Assembly (NCBI RefSeq): GCF_006345805.1
Contig: NC_043005.1
Location: 94,054,001 to 94,118,000, forward strand
Reading direction: 5' to 3'
Source of the DNA: Octopus sinensis
Taxonomy: Eukaryota
DNA: 64,000 nt
Below are positions 1 to 12,187 of the stretch, piece by piece (positions within the stretch are counted from its first letter, which is position 1; every line of letters starts with the position of its first letter). The notes beneath the pieces are model-generated. The model was not told the DNA's origin. It made no database searches and saw nothing but the letters and a program-made list of their open reading frames with translations. The position numbers were made by a program, and so were the translations under genes.

Positions 1-529
1 GGAAAGCGTGAAAGAGGAATGAGAAAGCGGGAGAAAGAAAATGAGTGACGAAGAGAGAACAAGAAGCATTGAGTGCGTCCTTATGTGCGTGCGGGTGTTC
101 ATGTATAAAGGTAGAAAATATAAAGAAAATGTGTGCATGTGTGCCTGCGGGCATGTCTATCTCTTTCTCTCTCTCTCTCTCTCTCTCTCGGCGAATATCT
201 CCCCCTCCCTCCCCCTCTCTCTCTATCGATCTGTCTATTTGTCTGCATCAATTTGATAGACAACAGAAAAGCCAAAATAAATAATAAACATCAAAATTCA
301 ACCTGAGAAGTGGCAGACGAACAAAAAATGGTTCGTAATAAATGTTTAAAATTTTGGCCCAAAGCCGTCTTTTTATGCCTGTGTGTGTGTGGAGGGGGGG
401 GCAGCGATCCCAGTACTTGACAAGTATTTTATTTTACCAACCCCAAAAGAATAAAAGACTAGGCTGACTGCATCAGTTTTTAATAATGCTACCAAAAGTT
501 AATTCTAAGAAATTAAAAGGTGCAATCAC

Positions 530-733
530 AGTGATAATAATGGTTTGAAATTTCGACACAAGGCCAGCAGTTTTAGGGGCAAAAGGGCTTAGTCGATTAC
601 ATCAACCTTGTTTTATCAACAAGGATGAAAGGTAAAGTTGACTGCAGCAGAATTTGAACTCAGAATGTAATTAGAAGAAATATCATGAATCATTTTGTCC
701 GATGCTCAAACGATTCTGCCAGCTCACTGCCTT
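530..733 (-). mobile_element. tRNA-derived SINE, degenerate copy (family A; further fragments at ~1380-1562, 31980-32310, 33410-33630, 33690-33905)
   Basis: The motif block 'ggatgaaaggtaaagttgac...gaatttgaactcagaatgta...gattctgccagctcactgcctt' recurs at least 5 times in the window. Its reverse complement gives a B-box-like 'ttctgagttcaaatt'. Copies usually abut (AAT)n. Confidence 0.65.
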
Positions 734-736
734 AAA

Positions 737-770
<34 letters not shown>

Positions 771-773
<3 letters not shown>

Positions 774-1321
774 GCCCTGATGCAGTACCAGGCAGTGGCT
801 CTCATGGCTTCTGATCTTAACTGATTGGAAGTGTTATCATGTACATTGTTTTGTCTTGGTATAAAAGATGGGCTACAGCAAATATTCTGCTCAATACCAC
901 AGATTTGCTTGTCAGTTGTTTGACCTTAACCAGTTGAGCATGTCCCTTAGTGGCTGACGATATGTGCATCTCTGATCACGAGCAGACGTAGTGGGGGAGC
1001 ATCATGTGTTGAGAGGGATTCTTTGGGGTTTGAATAGTTCACCTCTGGAAACATGGGTGGTTCTTTCAACATCCTTAAACAACCCTTATTCAGGGACCGT
1101 TTGAGCGGGATGGGCTACTCAACCTGAAGAAAATTCTAACTGGGCCCCATCTGCAAGGTCATGTGCTGTTTATCTTGATATGAGATCACCATGTCGCGCA
1201 CATATGGTTGTGATGCATGTGCCTGGTGTACCTTTATCAGACGGGTAGTCATGATGGGTATATTGGGCTTCGTATATTTTACCCCAGTGTCACTTTGATG
1301 GCATGAACTGCTCTCTCACTC
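771..1321. repeat. ~550-bp non-coding interspersed element embedded between two (AAT)n arrays
   Basis: High-complexity, higher-GC block with sharp ends, flanked on both sides by long (AAT)n. No ORF. Repeat status is recalled from similar genomes and is not shown by a second copy here. Confidence 0.45.
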
Positions 1322-1362
<41 letters not shown>

Positions 1363-2897
1363 TGATGATGATGATGATGATGCTTGAAATTTTGGCCCAA
1401 GGCCAGCAGTTTTAGTGGAAGGAGGATAGTTGCTTACATCAACCCCACCATTTGACTGGTACTTTATTTTATTGACCCCAAAGGATGAAAGGCAAAATAA
1501 ACATCAACAAAAATTGAACTCAGAATGCTCCAAAGCAATTTTTCTGATGCCAAATCACTGCCTTAATAATGATAATAATAATGCTGATCAGGAATTTTTC
1601 AAAAGGAGGGCACAAGGTCAGAAGGGAATATAATTCCAGGAGAAAAGGGCATATTAACATTATTTAGAAGGGTGCACTTCTTTTCTTGAGGGGTGAGGAG
1701 CACTAGCCCCTGAGGTCACCCCTGGTGATGATGATGATGATGATGATGATTTCTTTTACTGGCCATAGTAGTGGGCAGCCCACCTAGAGTAATTTGGGAT
1801 TCCTTCCCCACAAAAGGTCCAGGATTACTCTGTTATCTCCAATAAATTTGACAAGCATATAAAAATTGTAAAAAAGAAACATAAGAGAAAAAGTTAAACA
1901 TTTTTTTCATGAATGACAAAATGTCTTGAGTAATAAAGTAACATTGAATTGTAGAAGTTTTGTGTAAATGTCGAGAAAAACTGGAACAAATGAATTAACT
2001 GCTAAGATGTAATTATCTTAATGAATTTCTAACTTGAGAATTATTGTTATTATTAACCTCATCAACTAGATGGTAAGTTCCATCCCTGCCACAAAGTCAT
2101 AGTTGGTTAAACAAAAAGGACAAGCATAGACGCACATGAGTGGATGTACCACATTGTATTTATGTGCATTCCATATGTGCTGCATAGGATGCCAAGATGT
2201 CAAAGGATAGACCCGTTTCCTTTGGGAGTCATAAAAGGCAACCAAAAGAGATTGAAGAAGGATTTGCACTCCATAAATCTTCACCAACAAACAGGCCCAT
2301 GGGTTGGAGGGGTTATTGCCTGAGTGGAGCAAAAGTTTCATCTGCCAGGATTAATCGGGAATCACCAACAAGTGGCAGATGCAACAACATGCTGTTACAG
2401 TACATGCACCTATACAATTACACAATGTGCATGTTATTAGACAATGAAAAGCAGTTGGGAAAGGAACTGTCTACTTCATTTTGTGCACAATATGCTTTTG
2501 TTTCCAATGTGAACCTGTTTAATTTGTTGTTTCGAAAGATTATTTTGAAAACCATAAAGTTTAGAGAAATTAATTTGTTGCACTGGGTCGATTCTCTATG
2601 CTACAAATTAGGTACAGAGACTAGAAACTGTAGTCATAGGAAGCAAAAAACACAATCCTTTCTACTCAAACAAGCACCACAAGAAATTTTGTCTTTCACT
2701 CTAATCCTACTAAATAAACATTCAAGGAATTTTTATTCCTTAAATTTTTGCTCCTTAAATTCTTAATATTCAGCTATCATTTTTGTTTATTATTTGTATT
2801 TCTATTCATTTGTATATGTTAAGTAAGATTGTATTGAAGATATAGAGTATCATGGAGGTATATAAGAGGTAGGGGTAGTGAAAAATGTTGAGAAATC

Positions 2898-2994
2898 CAG
2901 ACCTGAAGATTGGAAGTATGTCGATTAAGTATTGAAATTAGATATCTTGTATCTAACCAATACCGACATACTTTCATGAAACACATGTAGGCTT
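2898..2994 (+). ncRNA. Type I hammerhead ribozyme motif with long stem II (PLE tail, degenerate stem I)
   Basis: CUGAAGA 2903-2909; stem II UGGAAGUAUGUCG/CGACAUACUUUCA (13 bp) plus inner helices GUAUUG/CAAUAC and UUAGAUA/UAUCUAA; GAAAC 2978-2982; ACAU loop; GUA 2987-2989. Stem I pairs only partly. Confidence 0.65.
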
Positions 2995-3145
2995 ATAAAT
3001 GGAAAATATGGGATTCAGAATAGATATAGCTAGTATGAGATTTAATATTTAATATTTTATGGAGTGGTCGGGTATAAAATATTTCAGTGTTGATTGAGTT
3101 GAAGGTGGTTCTGTCTCTAAAACTACTTTTATATACTATTATATA

Positions 3146-3433
3146 TACATACTATTATATTGCTACACATCGCTGGTCACAATGCGCTTCGCATTGTTTT
3201 AGCCTTCAAATGACGCCACCCCACTGGCTAAGTGAGCTGGCCAACAGAAGAAAGAGTGAGGAAAGTTGTGGCGAAAGAGTACAGCAGGGATCGCCACCAC
3301 GCCCTGCCGGAGTCACGTGGAACTTCAGGTGTTTTTGCTCAATAAACACTCACAACACCCGGTCTGGGAATCGAAACCGCGATCCTACAACCGCGAGTCC
3401 GCTGCCTTAACCACTGGGCCATTGTGCCTCCAC
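3146..3433 (-). mobile_element. tRNA-derived SINE (family B)
   Basis: The minus strand begins GTGGAGGCACAATGGCCCAGTGGTTAAGG (A box) ... GGTTTCGATTCCC (B box), followed by a ~210-nt non-tRNA body. It sits in TA-rich sequence. Confidence 0.75.
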
Positions 3434-3470
3434 ATATACTATTATATATATACTATCATATATATAAACT

Positions 3471-4280
3471 AGCAGTATTGCCCGGCTCGTGCGCTCGTGC
3501 ATCCTATGCACACGCGAATTAAGCTAAACTTGGATGAAGTTCAATCAAAATTCAATTATTTTGGTTTTAAAATCAAGCATTTAATGCCCTCTATTTTTGT
3601 GCTTACGTGTTCCATTTCCTCAATAGAAAGTACGTAGAAGCGTTTCATAAATTTTTGTTCATCAAGTAATTGCATTGTTGAATTATTCTTTTAGATCAGT
3701 ATTTCTCAACGGGGATTTCAGGGGAGAGTTTCAGGGAGTCGCTGGCGATGTATCGTGATGATCAAAAATCCAGCCTGCTAAAATTTGGTTAAAGTGATTC
3801 AAACTGCAGACTCAATGCAAAATAGTCACATTTAATTCAAAGCGTTAAAAATGTTATGAAAACAATTGGTATATGTTCACAAAGTCCAAACGATTAATAC
3901 GAAAAAACCCTCCAGGCTACATCCCGAAAATTCATTTCTTTGCCGAATTTCTACAATGTTTATGGCGATTCATTTTTATATCTTGATTTTTTACTTTTCA
4001 TGCAATTTACGCATGCTTGCACGCGTGTTGAACATAGTTCACGTCAAACAGCTGACTGAGTAAAGTTCACTATTCAATGCATGGAATAAGGCCTAAACAA
4101 ACACATTATCGATTTTTGCACTTGCGAGATGAATTTCGGAACAGAAATAGCGCAGTTCAATTTTCATTCGCCTAAACTTTAAGTGACCCATTTTTGGTGG
4201 TTCTACGATTTGTTGGCTAGGAAGAGATGTGCCGGGAAGTTAAATACGCAGACACACAAGTTGAGTTTTATATATATAGA
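3471..4280 (-). mobile_element. Non-autonomous Helitron-like element
   Basis: Minus strand starts A|TC (4280) and ends CTAG|T (3471), with a GC-rich degenerate hairpin just inside the 3' end. Same terminal architecture as 17785-18080. Confidence 0.6.
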
Positions 4281-5636
<1,356 letters not shown>

Positions 5637-5670
5637 TATATATATATATATATTATATATAATATATATA

Positions 5671-5736
<66 letters not shown>

Positions 5737-5739
<3 letters not shown>

Positions 5740-7370
5740 TACCAGTACTAGACACAGAACTCTGGCTAGAAACTGAGAATAATAAAACCCAAATCCTTCA
5801 TTCGTACTATGCCAAGCCTATGGCCTCCAAATACTTGATCCACCGGAACTCAGCCATTGCGGACAATGCCAAATTCAATATTTTGATGGCAGACCTCGTC
5901 AGAATAATGCGAAATGTGTCTTCATGTGTGAGCCTACAGAGCTAAAGAGACACATACATTTCATTCACCGCATGCAGTTCTCAGGTTACAGCCATGAAGA
6001 AAGGATCAGAGTATACAAAGGAGCCATGAAGAAATTTGATACTATCTTATGTAATGATAGGAATGGGATTTACCCACTCTACAGGAGCAAGTCATGGAAC
6101 ACTATAGAAAGGACAAAGAAGAAAATAGGGAAGGCCAGCTCTTGGTATGATAGCCATAAATACCAGAGTGTCATGTTTGTCGACACCACCCCTAGAGGTG
6201 AACTGGCGTACCACTTTAGAAGGACCCTAGACAAACTTAAGCTAAGGATTAAGGTTGTTGAAAAGCCAGGCAACCCTATCAAATCCATAATCGGTAGAAC
6301 TTACCCTTTTAGTAGAACCCCCTGTACAGATAGGTACTGTACTGTGTGTAGATTTAGTCCACAAACAAACTGTAAGGCCAGAAATGTAGTCTGTATAAGA
6401 TGTATACAGGGATGATGCAGTAACAAGATAACATACGTAGGGGAAACAGCATGAAGCATAGGAGAGCGGGTAAATGACATTGGAGAGAACTTAAGGAAGG
6501 AAAGAGCTCGTCGATTCTGTACCAACATGCCGAGCAGGAACACGGGGGCTCAATCAACAACATAGAAGTTAAAATCTTGTCCACGCATAGAACAGATGCA
6601 ACAATCAGACAAATTACGGAAGCTACACACATAATAGAAGATAAACCTAGCCTAAATAGGAAACTGGAATGGAACACTAGCACACACCACAACATATGAC
6701 AGAAGAGGATACCCATAAACTGGTTACAATATAAACAAAACCAAAAACATAATAAATAAAATACACAGATAAATAAACAAATAGAAATAAATAACTATAT
6801 AGGTTTTTTTTTAATTTAAAAGATTTTTTAAAAAAATTTTCTTTTTTTAAAAAATTTTTTTAAATGTTTTATTATTATTATTTTATTATTATTATTATTA
6901 TTATTATTATAGTTATTACTAGTATTGTTGTTATACATACATACAAGCATACGTAATAATAATAATAATGATAATAATAGTAATAATAAGTGGATGTAAA
7001 CAAGAACAAAATAAAAAAAAAGAATAAACAAAAACAAATTACACGGACGTATATAAACAGAAGATACAAATATTACAGGCAATCCCCCCCACACACATAC
7101 ACACTATCTAAACATAGATACACATAGAGATATACGCATGCGCAAATGAAGACTCATACAATAAAAATACAAAATGGCTGACAGTTAGTAAGAAGAGAAC
7201 ACAAATAAGAAAGAAGAAAGCAAAGGACCACTGATGTGGTCACAGGAGTGTGACGAAAGAACTCTGGCCGAAATAAGATTAAGATTAATGTAAAAAATAA
7301 ATAACACTGAAGCAAATATATAGTGCGTGTGTTTTTATTGGCTAAACTGGCAAAATGACCATTCCGAAAT

Positions 7371-7378
<8 letters not shown>
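5737..7378 (+). mobile_element. 5'-truncated Penelope-like retroelement (Naiad-like): RT thumb, Cys-rich linker, GIY-YIG endonuclease, 3' UTR with HHR
   Basis: Reads RLPVLDTELW...HSYYAKPMASKYLIH, then ORF 5924-6415 (CTDRYCTVC...NCKARNVV), then ITYVGETA*SIGER and SSILYQHAEQEH...RQITEATHI...LNRKLEWN to ~6675. Stops and a frameshift are present. Both ends are in (TA)n. Confidence 0.8.
7225..7269 (+). ncRNA. Degenerate type I hammerhead motif in the Naiad-like 3' UTR
   Basis: GGACCA-CUGAUGU-G-GUCAC(AGGAGU)GUGAC-GAAA-GAA-CUC-UGGCC. A9 is replaced by U. Confidence 0.55.
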
Positions 7379-7413
<35 letters not shown>

Positions 7414-7420
7414 ATATATA

Positions 7421-7866
7421 TATTATTAGTGAATTGAAGAAATGGAGTTGAACGAAGATTGAACAGAAATCGTTTTATTGCATTCTACACGTGTTTCGAA
7501 AGGCACAATTTACCAAATTCCGATTGAATAAGGAGACCATATTGTGTCTTTGTCTTCAGGATTTCCTATTTCTTCCTGAAGAGAAAGACACAATATGGTC
7601 TCCTTATTCAATCGGAATTTGGTAAATTGTGCCTTTCGAAACACGTGTAGAATGCAATAAAACGATTTCTGTTCAATCTTCGTTCAACTCCATTTCTTCA
7701 ATTCACTAATAATATTAAAATTCAATTATCCGCACCAACGCACGGTTGCAACACCATATGGTTGTACCTCCAACCGTGCTGTCTTCTGCTTGGATTTTTG
7801 CTACCAAGGTATCGGTTAAACTTTTGATTAATCTGCAACAAGATTATTCATCTTTCTATTTCACAA
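7421..7866. mobile_element. PLE 3' fragment with a ~140-bp fold-back (arms 7421-7560 and 7575-7714); each arm contains an HHR
   Basis: Near-perfect inverted repeat. Plus arm: CUGAAGA 7576-7582, stem II GAAAG..CUUUC, GAAAC 7638-7642, palindrome ACACGUGU, GUA 7647-7649. (TA)n at both outer ends. Confidence 0.75.
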
Positions 7867-7890
7867 TATATATATATATATATATATATA

Positions 7891-7968
7891 CCTCATTTCC
7901 CAATGCGCGGTGTCACTATGTCTCTCTCTCTCTCTCGCTATGTGGTGTCGGTTCTCCCTCTGTTTTCA

Positions 7969-8010
<42 letters not shown>

Positions 8011-8340
8011 ATATATCTCACCTTCACTCGCTTCCACAGGCTTAGCCAATACCGCAGGATGAAAAACATCAAGCTAAGTTCCCGACCTGTTTCCTCTTTT
8101 CATTGTTTTTGCAAGCCTTATTATTATTGTATCCCCATCTAATAGCGTTATCGTTGTCTTTCGTCTCAAATGCTAGCTGAAGCATAAAAACTTTCACTCA
8201 CAAAAACTTATTCACACCACCGCAATGCATTTCATCTCAATCCTGTCTTCTTTCTGCCGCCTAAAACCTCATTTCCCAATGCGCGGTGTCACTATGTCTC
8301 TCTCTCTCTCTCGCTATGTGGTGTCGGTTCTCCCTCTGTT

Positions 8341-8390
<50 letters not shown>

Positions 8391-8670
8391 ATATATCTCA
8401 CCTTCACTCGCTTCCACAGGCTTAGCCAATACCGCAGGATGAAAAACATCAAGCTAAGTTCCCGACCTGTTTCCTCTTTTCATTGTTTTTGCAAGCCTTA
8501 TTATTATTGTATCCCCATCTAATAGCGTTATCGTTGTCTTTCGTCTCAAATGCTAGCTGAAGCATAAAAACTTTCACTCACAAAAACTTATTCACACCAC
8601 CGCAAAGCATTTAATCTCAATCCTGTCTTCTTTCTGCCGCCTAAAACCTCATCTTCTCCCAATGCGCGGT
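7891..8670. repeat. Tandem repeat of ~376-380 bp (2 full copies plus the start of a third) with internal (CT)n
   Basis: Units start at 7891, 8267 and 8647. The ORF track gives matching translations 380 bp apart. Confidence 0.9.
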
Positions 8671-9103
8671 GCGCCCGCCCTCCCACCCCCACCACCAATA
8701 CCGGTGAACACTGTTCTCACCATCTACACCGGATACTCCCTCTTATGTTTCTCTATCTGTCTAACTATTTATCAAATTTCTCTATCTATCTAATTTCTCT
8801 ATCTATCTATCTATCTATCTTCATTCGTCTAAAATCAAACTTCGTATCTTCGTGGTGCACCCGCCCTGCCCACCCCCACCACCAATACCGGATATCTCTA
8901 TATTTTGCTCCATCTATACCGGATGTCGCTTCTCCCACCACCATTATAGGTGTCTACTCTTCGAACCCCCCTCTTCAATACGCTATTTCACCATGCATTA
9001 CCCCTCTCTCGATATCCTACGTTCTACTTGCCTAGAACCTGTCATCATTTCTCTGAACCACCCCTCCCCACTGGTGCTCCCCTATATTTCTGCACCCCCC
9101 CAC

Positions 9104-9376
9104 ATAAAAAGCACCATCCGAACGTGGCCGATGCCAGACCCCTCTGGCACCTGTGCAGGTGGCACGTAAAAAACACCCACTACACTCGCGGAGTGGTTGG
9201 CGTTAGGAAGGGCATCCAGCTGTAGAAACACTGCCAGACTAGACTGGAGCCTGGGGCAGTCCCGAGCTCCCCAGACCCCGGTCGAAACCGTCCAACCCGT
9301 GCTAGCGCAGAAAACGGATGTTAAACGATGATGATGATGATGATGATATACTATTATATATATATATATACTCTTA

Positions 9377-9450
<74 letters not shown>

Positions 9451-9680
9451 CGGGTGTGTGTGATTGTGTATAGAAGAGTATATTAATGAAGACAGGTAGC
9501 ACGTAAAAAGCACCCACTACACTCACGGAGTGGTTGGCGTTAGGAAGGGCATCCAGCCGTAGAAACACTGCCAGATCTGACTGGGCCTGACGAAGCCTTC
9601 CAGCTTCACAGACCCCAGTTGAACCGTCCAACCCATGCTAGCATGGAAAGCGGACGCTAAATGATGATGATGATGATGAT
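9104..9680 (+). mobile_element. Two 5'-truncated RTE LINE 3'-UTR fragments with (GAT)n tails (9104-9346, 9497-9680)
   Basis: Both contain 'ggagtggttggcgttaggaagggcatccagc...ccaacccatgctagc...gatgatgat', the same 3' end that follows the RTE RT ORF at 29495-30703. Confidence 0.8.
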
Positions 9681-9751
9681 ATATATAATGAAGACAAGGT
9701 TGGAATTCCTTTTATTAATATATATATATATATATAATATATATATATATA

Positions 9752-9812
<61 letters not shown>

Positions 9813-9836
9813 ATATATATATATATTATATATATA

Positions 9837-9899
<63 letters not shown>

Positions 9900-9900
<1 letters not shown>

Positions 9901-11322
9901 CGGGAAGCTTTATGAAAATAAACAAAAGACGAAGGCAGGTGGAAAACAAACGAACAATTGTATTAGTATGGCGCTCAGGAAATATAAATAAAACAAGTCT
10001 TTAACGTTTCGAGCCTACGCTCTCAACAGAAAGATACACAGAGAGAGAAAAAACAGAAAGAAGGAGAGAAAAAAAATGCGTGCAGTAGCTAACGAATCAA
10101 CATGGCGATCTGATTTCGGCCAGAGGTCAAAGATCAACATGAGACGCGAGAGCGAAATAAGGGGAGATAATAGGGTTGATAAAAGGGTTGAGGGACCAGC
10201 TAAAAGTGCGTGGGAGGGGTCTGGATGTGTGTATGTATAGGGTTGGTGTATGTATTAGTATGTATAAGGGTGTGTGTGTGTGTGTGTGTGTGTGTATGAG
10301 AGAGTATTAGTGCGTAAGATTGGTCTGGACGTGCGTATGTATGGGGTTGGTGTATGTATTAGTATGTATTAGTACGTATTGGTATGTATAGGTGTGTGTG
10401 TGTGTGTGAGAGAGAGTATAAGTGCGTATGCGGGGTCTGGACGTGTGTATGTATAGGGTTGGTGTAAGTATTAGTATGTACTAGTATGTATTAGTACGTA
10501 TTAGTATGTATTAGTTGGTGTGTGTATTAGTATGGCACATCATATGTGATGTGATGTGTAAAGTCATGTGGTGTAGTGAGGAGAAGAGGGGGAGGGGGAG
10601 AAGAGGGGGGAGAAGGGAGGGGAAGAAGAGGGGGAGGAGAAGGGGAAGAGGAGACGATGGGGGAGAAGGAAGGTGAGGAGGGGGATGAAGGAGGAAAGAG
10701 GGAGAGGGGGAGAGAGAGAAGGGGAGAGAGGGAGTGAGGGAGCAGAGGGAAGGGGAAGAGGGAGGGAGAAAGAGGGAAGAAGGGAAGGGGAGTAGGGGTG
10801 AAAGGATGAAGGACTGAAGAAGTAGGGGTCGGGGGGAGAAAGGATAGGTGAGGAGGGGGGAGAGGGGGGTTAGATGAGGAGGGGGGGAGAGTTGAGACCA
10901 AATGGCGTATAAGAGCGAAGAGAGAAGATTAATTCCTGTTCACGGCGCAAACGGGAATCCGGATGGCCTCTGTGTAAGGACAAACCGAACACAGATAGGT
11001 GTTGCAAGGAGTGACCAATGGAGCGGAAATGGCGTGAGACCGGTGTGTCGTTCGCAAGGTGGATGTCACGAAGGTGTTCCGCGAACCGGTCAGCCAAGCG
11101 GCGTCCCGTTTGTCCGATGTACAAGGAATTGCAGAGAGAGCAAGAGATGCAACAGATAATATTGCTGGAGGTGCAGGTGAAGGAGTGGATGATGGGATAG
11201 GGTCGATGGTGGGTGCTAGTGAGGCGGGTGGTGTTGGAGAGGTAAGGGCAAGTGCGGCAACGTGGGCGGGAGCAGGGGAACGAGCCGGGTTGGGAGGTAG
11301 GGTCAGGGAAGGAGCTATGGAC
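9900..11322 (-). mobile_element. 5'-truncated Penelope-like retroelement: Zn-finger plus GIY-YIG endonuclease, repeat-rich 3' UTR, terminal variant HHR (9998-10034)
   Basis: Open frame 11322-10870 reads VHSSFP..CSRPRCRTCPY...FTCTSSNIICCISCSLCNSLYIGQTGRRLADRFAEH...RLRREQELIFSLRSYTPFGLN. The 3' UTR has a CT-rich tract and three ~125-bp repeats. The 3' end abuts (TA)n. Confidence 0.9.
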
Positions 11323-12187
11323 CGTAGATAACTTTAAATTGTATGATAGATTGCCGTCAATTCATTCTCTCTTACCTGTTTGTGTCTGCCTTCCAATTGC
11401 TGTTTTTAGTAGAAGAAATAGCTATAACTCTTTGACTGCTATTTCTAAATTCGGTATGTGGTAAGGCAATTCGTTGCTAAACCCTTTATTGCTTAGTATT
11501 ACTTAAATTTTCCTCGAATGAGGCTTTTACATGCCGAAGACTACTTGGTGTAATTGATAATTATTCCAAATTAATTAATTTCACCTGTAACGTGAAAGGA
11601 TCTATCATCGAAGCACTGGAAGGGTGTCGAGATCCTTTCTAGTCACATACAAAATTCTTGCAGAAAACAAACAGACGAAACTCAGGTTAAAGGTGAACAG
11701 ACAACTTGGTTTATTGATTCATGGTTGTACGTTGTCTGATGGGGGAATAGACAGCCTCTGATATACTGCTGGTGTTGGTCGTTGAGGTTGGTTGAAGTTG
11801 GTTGAAGCTGGTGTGTGGCTGTCAGAGCCAGGAAAACCGTGACCGATCGCAGTGCTGTCTTGAGCCGAAGAGAGAGATTTGAGGTTCGCGGGCTCGAGAG
11901 ATGTTTTCCCGCACATGCGCATGGGGAAGACTTCCGGTGGCCACCCGGAAGTAGTCCCATTCTGCGCATGCGCGCCGAACCCTACACAGTAGCATCACTA
12001 CAGGGCTCCCCTCCGAGTGCGAAGTACGGCAACCAGAATATTGTGGTGGTGCTGCAGAAAACAGAAGGCTTGCCGATCCCCCAGAAGACTTGGTACATAC
12101 TATATTACAATAAGAAACATTTTAAAGAAAGTTAAATGTAAATTGTTTTTGAAAGTTTCTAGGGCCAATGCACTGTTCTGCCCGATT

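Noticed and set aside
2197-2766. 189-aa ORF
   Set aside because: No recognisable motif. One alternative frame faintly resembles a LINE C-terminus, which is too weak to call.
7891-8670. CRISPR-like or retrozyme array
   Set aside because: The units are whole-length duplicates with no unique spacers, and I found no ribozyme core on either strand.
9570-9640. CUGACGA...GAA(A)CCGUC in the RTE 3' UTR as a possible hammerhead
   Set aside because: There is no stem II or stem I pairing and the core is not conserved among RTE copies. It is better explained as the LINE 3' stem-loop region.
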